Assembly (NCBI GenBank): GCA_964593185.1
Contig: CAZQJU010000005.1
Coordinates: 2,180-66,179 of the forward strand
Length of the DNA stretch: 64,000 nucleotides
Source: an uncultured Roseivirgaceae bacterium
Lineage (GTDB): Bacteria > Bacteroidota > Bacteroidia > Cytophagales > Cyclobacteriaceae
Direction: 5' to 3'
Shown: positions 41,072-49,411 of the stretch, in pieces
How the letters are laid out: each line of letters begins with the position of its first letter
Numbering within the stretch: position 1 is the first letter of the stretch
The notes under the pieces: model-generated
The model's input: the letters and a program-made list of their open reading frames with translations, nothing else
Told to the model about the DNA's origin: nothing
Database searches by the model: none
Made by a program: the position numbers and the translations under genes

Positions 41072-43532
41072 TGCCTAAGGAGATTAAATTGACAAAAATT
41101 CGATACGCTCCTGGCACACCGGCAGGGAGTTCCCTGAACCAACTGTACCCGGAGTATACATAATAACCCTCTCCATATTTTGCGACAAGCAGTCCTCCAT
41201 TTTTTGGACTTTCTCCGGGATCATGACTGCTTAGTATCGGTGTAAATTCTTCAGACCATTCATTCGGGAAGTAGAGGCCACGCTCTTGTACCCAACCTTC
41301 AAAATCTTCCTCTGTAATCTTGTTTGGACCTTTAAGTACGGGATGATCAGCTGCCAAAATCTCTACTTTCGCCTGTTCCACAGCTACTCGATCCCGTGAC
41401 AACTTCACATCATAAGGTGCCACTTTCTGAGTAACAAGTCGGTGACTGGTATTGTACTGAACAACAACTGTCCCCCCCTCTTTCACATATTCAAAAAGCT
41501 CATCATTCTTATATGCAAGCCAATCAACAGTGTTGAAAGCTCTTACGCCAAGTATTACGGCGTTGTATTTTTTCAATTGATCCGCCACAACATCATCCTT
41601 GCCTAACAGTTCCACTTGATATCCGACTTGTTCCAAATTGTCCGGAATAGCATCTCCGGCACCCTCGATGTAACCAATTAAGTTGCCCTTCCGCTCCAGA
41701 TCAACCCGTACAACTTTGACCTCTGCTGCCGGGTAGGAAATCTGGGTAGGGATATGATCGTACTCGATGAACATCTTAGACTTTGTGTATTCCCGTGCAT
41801 TCACCGTGGCAATAGCTTTCAATTTTCCCACCGAAGCCTTTCTGGGGGGAACAACTTCAAAGGTGAAGACCTGTTCTTCGCTCTTTCGCTGCATCTCGAA
41901 GCTTATGGAAGCGGGGGTAGATTTCCATCCTTCCGGTAAATCCAGTCGCAATTCACCCTCAACCGATTCTCTTCCGGCAATTGTTCTTACCTCAACAACC
42001 TTTGATTTGTCTTCTCCAAAAACCAGGACGCTTGCGTTGATATTCATCATCACGGGAGGTCCGACAGAAATGGGCGTAATCACTTCTCCAGCTACAGGAT
42101 CTGTTCTTCTGAAGTTAACAGGGACCTCAACTTCAAGTTGCTCACCTCCAACATTCAACAAAAACTGTCCTACAAAAGGCGCTTCATTCTCCGGTTTCCC
42201 GATCATTTCCTGATCCTGTACGGTATACATGCCAAGACTAGATTGCGCTCGAAGCCAATACGGAGTTGAATACTCCATCGACGGAGGAATTGCGTAATTC
42301 ATTTCAGAAATCAATGGCCGGTTGAGCACTAACTCTGTTTTAAGTTCTACCGGATTAATCCAATTCTTGAACGACACTTGCTCCATAGAAATCTCTACCG
42401 TGCTCCGATTTATAGCTTCAAGTTTGATTTGAATCGAATCTCCGGGCGTGTACGTAGCTGCGTCTGAGCTCAGCGAAAGATACACGCCCGTTACGGAAAG
42501 GATTAGGTCATCTAGTTCTTTCAACTTGATTTCTTTCCAAAAATCATCCTCTAGCTGGCTCAAGGCCTTTCTTGCCAAAACCAGTGATTCTGCAATCGCC
42601 CAGGGCTTAGCAGCATCATACTCTTCGATGGCTTTGTTGACATAAAATGCAACTTCCTCTGACCCTTCGACTCTTCCCCATGAAGTATCGATGTCATCAA
42701 ACGGATACTTGGTCTCAGATCCTCCCCACTGTTTCAAATACTCGATTTGATCACCTCTTGTTCCGGAAGCGCCAAATCCCTGACTCTTGTGCATGCTTCG
42801 GCTTCGTGCGGCAATCTCGCCGTAGGAAGATCCTAATAAGGGATTGTAAGTTCCCATGTTGATCCTTTTCAGTCCCGTGGTATCCTGCCCATTGCGAAAC
42901 CACCACCAGCCGGTGTTCCAAAAGATCTTTTTGGGCTCCCAAATCTCTACGTAGTCAAGTTGATTCGGAAATACTTCTGGGTTTCCAGCTAGCTCAAAAG
43001 CTTCTTTTGCCAAAATGGCACTAGCTGTATGGTGGCCATGGTTTCTGCCCTCAGAATTGAATCGAGTTACAATAATATCGGGCCTGAACTTCCTAAATAC
43101 CCAAACAAAATCAGCCAGTACCTGGTCTCGATCCCAAATAGTAAACGTCTCCTCCGGATTTTTTGAGTAACCAAAATCATTCGCTCTGGAGAAAAATTGT
43201 TGCCCACCGTCGGTTCTTCTGGCCGCTAACAGCTCTTGTGTTCGAATGACTCCCAAACCTTCTCTGATCTCCGAACCGATAAGGTTTTGGCCTCCATCTC
43301 CTCTGGTAGCAGCCAAGTACCCTGTTCGCATCAGCTTCTCGTTCGCATAATACGTTATAAATCTCGTGTTTTCATCATCCGGGTGAGCTGCAACATACAG
43401 CACGGTACCCAAAACGTTCAGTTTATTTAGTCTCTGGCGAATCTCACCGGGTGAGTATTGTGAGTTCTGGCCAAAAATTGGGGCTATGAAAGGAGCTATT
43501 GTGAGCGCTCCGAATAATAAAATTTTATGCAT
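41064..43532 (-). CDS. Exported PIG-L/LmbE family deacetylase with Ig-like and GATase-like C-terminal domains
   Basis: 'AAHPDDE', 'TRGDGG', 'HGHH', 'SMHKSQG'; signal peptide from ATG 43532. Confidence 0.88.
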   Translation of the reverse strand: MHKILLFGALTIAPFIAPIFGQNSQYSPGEIRQRLNKLNVLGTVLYVAAHPDDENTRFITYYANEKLMRTGYLAATRGDGGQNLIGSEIREGLGVIRTQELLAARRTDGGQQFFSRANDFGYSKNPEETFTIWDRDQVLADFVWVFRKFRPDIIVTRFNSEGRNHGHHTASAILAKEAFELAGNPEVFPNQLDYVEIWEPKKIFWNTGWWWFRNGQDTTGLKRINMGTYNPLLGSSYGEIAARSRSMHKSQGFGASGTRGDQIEYLKQWGGSETKYPFDDIDTSWGRVEGSEEVAFYVNKAIEEYDAAKPWAIAESLVLARKALSQLEDDFWKEIKLKELDDLILSVTGVYLSLSSDAATYTPGDSIQIKLEAINRSTVEISMEQVSFKNWINPVELKTELVLNRPLISEMNYAIPPSMEYSTPYWLRAQSSLGMYTVQDQEMIGKPENEAPFVGQFLLNVGGEQLEVEVPVNFRRTDPVAGEVITPISVGPPVMMNINASVLVFGEDKSKVVEVRTIAGRESVEGELRLDLPEGWKSTPASISFEMQRKSEEQVFTFEVVPPRKASVGKLKAIATVNAREYTKSKMFIEYDHIPTQISYPAAEVKVVRVDLERKGNLIGYIEGAGDAIPDNLEQVGYQVELLGKDDVVADQLKKYNAVILGVRAFNTVDWLAYKNDELFEYVKEGGTVVVQYNTSHRLVTQKVAPYDVKLSRDRVAVEQAKVEILAADHPVLKGPNKITEEDFEGWVQERGLYFPNEWSEEFTPILSSHDPGESPKNGGLLVAKYGEGYYVYSGYSWFRELPAGVPGAYRIFVNLISLGND

Positions 43533-43641
43533 TGGTCGGTTTTCAATCTGATAGTTACGACAGAATTGCTCAAAAGTTCTCACTATTATTTGAGCGGTAA
43601 ATTGATTATGTAAGACTTATTTGGCTGAATTGTTTACTGAA

Positions 43642-44115
43642 TTATCCCAACTTGCTAAAGTCCTTGACCTCCGCATCCGTGGTAAGTATGCGCTGGAATG
43701 TCGCATTCAAATTTTCAAAGTCCCATGGTTTTGTGACAAACTCATGAATCCCAAAGTCTCCGATGGTTTCCAAGAGATCGTCTCGCTTGATGAAGCCACT
43801 GAGGATCATTCTTTTGATTTTTGGATTATAGGTGCTGACCTTTTTCAAGAGCTGTACCCCACTCATGTGCGGCATTCGATGGTCGGAAACAATCAAGTCT
43901 ATTTTTTCATTCAACACCATCTGAAAGGCTTCTTCGGGGCCCAATGCTGTCAGTACATTGTACAATCTTCGGAAGGTAGATTTAAAGCCTCTCAGATTGG
44001 GCATTTCATCATCTACATAAAGAATAGTATATTCTTTTTTTACTTTGCTGGCTTGCCTTTCCGCTCTTCTAGCAGCGCGTCTTGCGGCTCTTTCTTCTCT
44101 TGAAAATGTATCCAT
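43642..44115 (-). CDS. Single-domain response regulator with Arg-rich N-terminal extension
   Basis: 'LYVDDE', 'IVSDHRMP', 'ILSGF', 'TKPW'. Confidence 0.9.
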   Translation of the reverse strand: MDTFSREERAARRAARRAERQASKVKKEYTILYVDDEMPNLRGFKSTFRRLYNVLTALGPEEAFQMVLNEKIDLIVSDHRMPHMSGVQLLKKVSTYNPKIKRMILSGFIKRDDLLETIGDFGIHEFVTKPWDFENLNATFQRILTTDAEVKDFSKLG

Positions 44116-44139
44116 GTTTGCTAGGAGCTAAGATACAAT

Positions 44140-44850
44140 CTACTCCTCTTTTGACTCCTCTAATTTGGATTTTGGAGCCTTTTTTATTGAGAACATAATG
44201 TTGGTGCCTTCCCCCTCAGCAGTGGATTCAATCCAAATCATACCTCCGTTACGAGCAACAAGATCCTTACACATAAACAATCCGATCCCGGTTCCTTTCT
44301 CTTCGTTGGTTCCAAGACGTCTATTGTCCTTGCCCATTGAAAAAATAGAAGCATGCATTTTTTCCGGAATTCCCATTCCCTGATCCGAGATACTTATCTG
44401 TAAGAACCATCCTTTCGGCTGAACAGATACTACAATCTCCTTACCCTTTTCTGAGAAGCTAATAGCATTCGTCAAAAGATTCTTGACGATCATTTTCAAA
44501 GCACTCTTGTCAACATAGGCCGGCGGAAGCTTCTCCTTTTCGAAAATGATTTTTTGGTCCTTTGCTTCAGCTTTGTCTTTAATCAGCTCGATGGTACTGG
44601 CTATAACCTCGTTTGCATCGAGGACTTCTTTGGTGATTTTCTTGTGTTGATCGGAAGCATGACTCCACTCAATCAGATCATCCAATAGTTTCAAGGAACG
44701 GTTGATGCCCAGCTCAATATGTGACATGAACATCTTGGCTTGATCGACCTCTATTTCATTCATCTTGAAGAGGTCGGATACATTCTTCATGTTCCCAAGA
44801 GGTCCTCGCAGATCATGACTGATGATTTTTACCAATGGCCCTAGTTCCAT
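44140..44850 (-). CDS. Histidine kinase (HisKA + HATPase only, no sensor domain)
   Basis: H-box 'SHDLRGPL', N-box 'NLLTNAI', G1 'DQGMGI', G2 'GTGIGL'; no TM segment. Confidence 0.9.
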   Translation of the reverse strand: MELGPLVKIISHDLRGPLGNMKNVSDLFKMNEIEVDQAKMFMSHIELGINRSLKLLDDLIEWSHASDQHKKITKEVLDANEVIASTIELIKDKAEAKDQKIIFEKEKLPPAYVDKSALKMIVKNLLTNAISFSEKGKEIVVSVQPKGWFLQISISDQGMGIPEKMHASIFSMGKDNRRLGTNEEKGTGIGLFMCKDLVARNGGMIWIESTAEGEGTNIMFSIKKAPKSKLEESKEE

Positions 44851-44963
44851 GCTCCTAATATAATTAGTTCGACAATCAATCAACCAATTAATGGCAGATA
44901 ATCAATGAAGCCGTGATACTCAGCAGAAAATAATTTATATTTAAACGAACCAAAAACAACCCG

Positions 44964-45263
44964 ATGTATTGCAAAGCCTGGAAGTATACAGTTTTATCCA
45001 ATCAAGCAAAATTTGAGGAAGTTTATGGAAGAAATGGACAGTGGTTCAAATTCTTTGAACCTTGCGACGATTTCCTAGGGCAAGACCTAATGAAAGGTGC
45101 TGATGATGAGACCACTTACATGGTTCTGGATAAATGGATGTCGGAGGAGGACTACGAGGCTTACATCGCTGCCAACCAAGCCGAGTATGAGCTGCTCGAA
45201 TCACAAACACGTGAATTGTTCGAAGAGGAAATCTCTTTAGGAAGCTACTCCATCATTCAGTAG
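44964..45263 (+). CDS. ABM/dimeric alpha-beta barrel family small protein
   Basis: 'FEEVYG..GQW...F', 'YMVLDKWMSEEDY' pattern; 99 aa. Confidence 0.65.
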   Translation: MYCKAWKYTVLSNQAKFEEVYGRNGQWFKFFEPCDDFLGQDLMKGADDETTYMVLDKWMSEEDYEAYIAANQAEYELLESQTRELFEEEISLGSYSIIQ

Positions 45264-45265
45264 CG

Positions 45266-46324
45266 TCAGAAAATCGGATCCCAGACATTAGATGACAAGT
45301 ACCTAAGCTCACCATTTTCAATGGTCAATGGAGAAGCAATGTTATTGTGGTACAAGTTACCTGTTCCAAGCCCGTGGTACTGATTGTTTTGGAATGTACT
45401 GGTAAACTGGCTGATGGCATTAAGTCCTACGTTTGATTCTAGATACGAGGTAATCCACCATGCAACACCATGAATATGCGCAAGGTCAATCCATTCACTA
45501 ACGCCACTGAATCCACCGTGTAGTGTGGGTTTCAATACCAAATATTGAGGTTTCAATTCTTGAATCAAATCCATCTTCTCCTTTGCAGAAAATACATGGA
45601 TCAGCTCCTCATCAAACGCTATTGGAATCTCACTTTTCTTACATATCAACTCCATGGCTTCGGGCTGCATTGGCAAAATAGGCTGCTCGATCGAGTGAAT
45701 TGAGAACTTACTAAGCACTTTGAGTTTGCCCAAAACTTCATGGGTTTGAAAACCGCCATTTGCATCCAGTCGAATGACCAGCTCTTCAGAAACCGCACGC
45801 AGCTTTCTAATTAACTCCACTTCTGCTTCAAAATCGAGTGCACCTACTTTCAACTTGATGCACTGGTAACCCAGATCGAGTTTTTCCTTGATTTGTTCTT
45901 GCATAAAATCAACATCTCCCATCCAGATCAATCCATTAATTGGCACAGAAATGCTTCCCAGGTCTTTCGCGAATATTTTTTTTAACCCTCCGTTAATTAA
46001 GTCCATTAGGGCCATCTCTACGCCAAATCGAATGCTGGGAAACTGAATGGGTACGAGCTCGCCAACAAGTTTGTAGACTTCTTGCTGGCCTTTGGGAGCT
46101 ACAAAAGTCGCTAGTACTTCCGCTAGCAAGCTCAATTGATAAGGAATCTCCTCCGGATCTTCAGGACTGAGTCGGTTGATCGGTGCGACTTCACCAATAC
46201 CGGATTGACCTAATTCATTGGTAATTTGAATAAACCAGACCTTCCGTTCCTTTATCTCACCACGACTTGTCTTGGCCGAGAATTTAAAATCCAATGAGTA
46301 GGGCTTAACTTCGAGCTTTAGCAT
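45266..46324 (-). CDS. menC: o-Succinylbenzoate synthase (enolase superfamily)
   Basis: 'KTSRG', 'KLKVG', 'RLDANG', 'IEQP', 'DEEL', 'LKPTLHGG', 'GLGTG'. Confidence 0.88.
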   Translation of the reverse strand: MLKLEVKPYSLDFKFSAKTSRGEIKERKVWFIQITNELGQSGIGEVAPINRLSPEDPEEIPYQLSLLAEVLATFVAPKGQQEVYKLVGELVPIQFPSIRFGVEMALMDLINGGLKKIFAKDLGSISVPINGLIWMGDVDFMQEQIKEKLDLGYQCIKLKVGALDFEAEVELIRKLRAVSEELVIRLDANGGFQTHEVLGKLKVLSKFSIHSIEQPILPMQPEAMELICKKSEIPIAFDEELIHVFSAKEKMDLIQELKPQYLVLKPTLHGGFSGVSEWIDLAHIHGVAWWITSYLESNVGLNAISQFTSTFQNNQYHGLGTGNLYHNNIASPLTIENGELRYLSSNVWDPIF

Positions 46325-47483
46325 GGACTTAAAATTAGAAGAATTTATCTATGATCTCCCCGAAGATCGAATTGCTAAGCACCCCCCAACTGTAAGAGGA
46401 AACTCCAAATTACTGGTCTATCAGCAGGGTAAAATTTCGCATCATCAGTTTCCAGAAATTGCACAGCACCTTCCAGAAGACGCACTGCTAGTATTCAACG
46501 ATACAAAGGTGATCCCCGCCAGGATCATAATGCACAAGGATACGGGAGCAAAAATCGAAATCTTCTTGCTTGAACCCACGCGACCCTCCAAGGTGCACGA
46601 AGAGGTGATGCAGACACAAAGGTCATGTACCTGGAAATGCATGATTGGAAACGCTAAGAAATGGAAAGTTGAAAGTGAATTGAAACTCGAAGCTGTCGGA
46701 TTAATTGCCAAAAGAATATCTCCGGATCTAGTCCAATTTACATGGGCAAACGAACTTACCTTTTCAGACCTGCTCACCGCAATTGGGAAAATACCACTAC
46801 CCCCCTACATCGATCGAGAAGTAAATCAGGAAGATGCTTCGCGATATCAAACGGTGTACTCAAAAATGAAAGGAGCAGTAGCAGCACCTACTGCCGGCCT
46901 CCATTTTACCGACCAAGTCATTCAGGACATCAAAAACAGAGGAAATGCCACTGACTTCGTCACCCTCCATGTTTCAGCTGGTACTTTTCAGCCCATCAAA
47001 TCAGCTTCCATCACAGATCACCCAATGCACAATGAGCAGATTTGGATCACCAGAAACAACATCGAAAACTTACTCCAGGCAAAGTCAATTATTGCGGTGG
47101 GAACCACTTCGATGAGAACCCTGGAAAGCCTTTATTGGTATGGTGTGAAACTGCTTAACGGAGCTGAAGAATTTTTTGTTCATCAGCAAGATCCGTATCA
47201 ACTGACACCGGTTTCAGTGACCGAAGCACTCAATGCCGTGCTCCTTCGTATGGAACGAGAGGGATTGGAGAAGCTAGGGGGTCATACCGAGATTTTCTTA
47301 TATCCCGGCTACACCTTTAAGATCTGTGATGGATTGGTTACCAATTATCATCTACCAGGATCTACCTTGATTTTGTTGGTAGCTGCATTCATTGGACAGG
47401 ACTGGCGCAAAGTCTACGATCAGGCGTTGGTAAACGATTATCGCTTTCTGAGTTACGGAGATAGTTCGCTTCTGTTAAAGTGA
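46323..47483 (+). CDS. queA: S-adenosylmethionine:tRNA ribosyltransferase-isomerase (QueA family)
   Basis: 'YDLPEDRIA', 'FNDTKVIPAR', 'PLPPYI', 'AAPTAGLHF', 'VGTTS', 'FLSYGDS'. Confidence 0.9.
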   Translation: MDLKLEEFIYDLPEDRIAKHPPTVRGNSKLLVYQQGKISHHQFPEIAQHLPEDALLVFNDTKVIPARIIMHKDTGAKIEIFLLEPTRPSKVHEEVMQTQRSCTWKCMIGNAKKWKVESELKLEAVGLIAKRISPDLVQFTWANELTFSDLLTAIGKIPLPPYIDREVNQEDASRYQTVYSKMKGAVAAPTAGLHFTDQVIQDIKNRGNATDFVTLHVSAGTFQPIKSASITDHPMHNEQIWITRNNIENLLQAKSIIAVGTTSMRTLESLYWYGVKLLNGAEEFFVHQQDPYQLTPVSVTEALNAVLLRMEREGLEKLGGHTEIFLYPGYTFKICDGLVTNYHLPGSTLILLVAAFIGQDWRKVYDQALVNDYRFLSYGDSSLLLK

Positions 47484-47520
47484 ATGTAACTACATATAAT
47501 GTACTTACGTATTATTGAAC

Positions 47521-48027
47521 ATGAATAGTTCATATCAAATCCCAGCAGGTACTCGAATTGGTCATGTTCACCTGAAAGTGGCCGATTTACAGCGGAGCCT
47601 TGATTTCTATTGCGGCCTTCTAGGTTTCGAGCTTATGACCACTTACGGAAAAGATGCTGCCTTTATTTCAGCTGGCGGGTATCATCATCACATTGGATTA
47701 AACACCTGGATGAGTAAAAATGGAAATCCACCTCCTCCGAATTCCACCGGACTTTTTCACACGGCGATCTTGCTTCCAACGAGAAAAGACCTGGCAATTA
47801 TTTTTCAACGACTACGAGAGGCAAAGTATCCCCTTTCAGGTGCTTCAGATCATGGAGTTTCAGAAGCTTTGTATTTGAACGATCCGGATGAAAATGGGGT
47901 AGAGCTCTACGTAGACCGTGCCAAAGAGGACTGGCCACAAAAGGTAGATGGATCAGTTGAAATGTTTACTAAACCACTTGATCTAAACAACTTATTGAAA
48001 GAGGTAGCTGAACTAAACCCGAACTAA
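47521..48027 (+). CDS. VOC/glyoxalase family protein (CatE-like)
   Basis: 'IGHVHLKV', 'GGYHHHIGLNTW', 'DHGVSEALYLNDPDENGVELY'. Confidence 0.9.
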   Translation: MNSSYQIPAGTRIGHVHLKVADLQRSLDFYCGLLGFELMTTYGKDAAFISAGGYHHHIGLNTWMSKNGNPPPPNSTGLFHTAILLPTRKDLAIIFQRLREAKYPLSGASDHGVSEALYLNDPDENGVELYVDRAKEDWPQKVDGSVEMFTKPLDLNNLLKEVAELNPN

Positions 48028-48987
48028 TATCTTTCCCTTCACGGTCCTTTGCTGAAGTCTTGATAGCCCCACTGAAGTCTCCTCCAATGGATAAATCGTA
48101 TCGACAATTGGACGTAGTGTGCCTTCTCCAATCCATGCCATCAACTGAGCGATGTGCTTACGATTCTCATCCGGATAATTTCTAAAGAAAGAGCCCCAAA
48201 AGGCCCCGACGATGGATGCTGACTTAAGCAGCGGTAAGTTCCAAGGTATTGCGGGTACTTTTCCTGTCGCAAACCCAATGACCAGGTACCGGCCTCTGGG
48301 AGCAATTCCTCTAAACGCTTGCTCTGCAAAATCTCCACCGATAGGATCAAAGATGACATCTGCCCCTCTACCTTTTGTCAACGTTTTGATCTGTTCTTTT
48401 AGTGTTTCTAACGTATACAGATGCGCCTCATCAGCACCTGCTTCAAGGCAAAACGTAGCCTTTTCGCTCGATGAAGTAAGCGCGATGACATTTGCCCCAA
48501 GGATTTTACCAAGCTGAATGGCTGCAGTGCCAACCCCTCCTGAAGCTCCAAGGACCACTAGGGTCTCCCCTTCTTTTAGATTTGCTCGATCTTGCAGTGC
48601 ATGGATGACTGTTCCATGTGTCATCAAAACAGAAGCAGCGTCTTCTAAGGATACTTCATCCGGTACATGGTGCGTATTGAAATCAAAACCGAGTGCCTCT
48701 TCTGCAAAACCACCCCAGGTGGTTCCGGAAACCACTCGATCTCCAGGCTGAAATCCAGTCACCCCCGCTCCAACGGCCTTAATAATCCCTGCAACTTCCC
48801 CACCCGGGGAAAAAGGTCTATCCGGTTGAAATTGATATTTCCCTTGAGTAATCAGAATGTCTGGAAAGTTTACTCCAGCATACTTCACCTCCATCAAAAC
48901 ACGGTTAGGTCCTGGCGCATCGATTTGATGATCACCGACTACCAGATCTTTTGGACCCGTAAGTGAGTTGACCAATACCGCCTTCAT
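48013..48987 (-). CDS. NADPH:quinone oxidoreductase (zeta-crystallin/MDR family)
   Basis: 'GVNFPD...GKYQ', 'PGGEVAG', 'LGASGGVG'. Confidence 0.92.
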   Translation of the reverse strand: MKAVLVNSLTGPKDLVVGDHQIDAPGPNRVLMEVKYAGVNFPDILITQGKYQFQPDRPFSPGGEVAGIIKAVGAGVTGFQPGDRVVSGTTWGGFAEEALGFDFNTHHVPDEVSLEDAASVLMTHGTVIHALQDRANLKEGETLVVLGASGGVGTAAIQLGKILGANVIALTSSSEKATFCLEAGADEAHLYTLETLKEQIKTLTKGRGADVIFDPIGGDFAEQAFRGIAPRGRYLVIGFATGKVPAIPWNLPLLKSASIVGAFWGSFFRNYPDENRKHIAQLMAWIGEGTLRPIVDTIYPLEETSVGLSRLQQRTVKGKILVRV

Positions 48988-49325
48988 AAGATGGTTAATG
49001 CATTTTCGGGCGGTCTGCCAATTACCGCGCTATTTCCGGATAAAACAATGGGTCGCTCCATCAGCTTTGGATACGTAATCATCACCTCCAACCATTCTTC
49101 GTCGCTCAGGTCCTTGCCCTTAAAATTTGCCTTGTACACATCTTCGTTTTTCCTAATCAAGTCGAATGGTTTGATCTTCAGCAAATCAACCAATCCAGAC
49201 AACTCTTCCTTTGAAAGAGGTTCTTTTAAATACTCTTTTATGACAATTTGAGCCCCTTCATTTTCCAGTAACTGCAGGGTCTCCCTACTTTTCCGGCATC
49301 TTGGATTATGATAGATCGTGACCAT
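48984..49325 (-). CDS. ArsC family (glutaredoxin-dependent arsenate reductase-like) protein
   Basis: 'IYHNPRCRKSRE', 'LMERPIV', 'IGRPPE'. Start moved to ATG 49325. Confidence 0.9.
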   Translation of the reverse strand: MVTIYHNPRCRKSRETLQLLENEGAQIVIKEYLKEPLSKEELSGLVDLLKIKPFDLIRKNEDVYKANFKGKDLSDEEWLEVMITYPKLMERPIVLSGNSAVIGRPPENALTIL

Positions 49326-49411
49326 GAATTTATTCGGTATTAGCGTTTTGACGTGGTTGGTTAAACAAGCATTAAAGATTATACTTACTGACCTATTTAA
49401 AAAATCAACCC

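Noticed and set aside
43621-44103. 160-aa plus-strand ORF opposite the response regulator
   Set aside because: Shadow ORF; the minus strand carries all the receiver motifs.
48984-49325. Arsenic resistance operon
   Set aside because: No arsR, arsB or acr3 nearby; standalone ArsC-family proteins are common.
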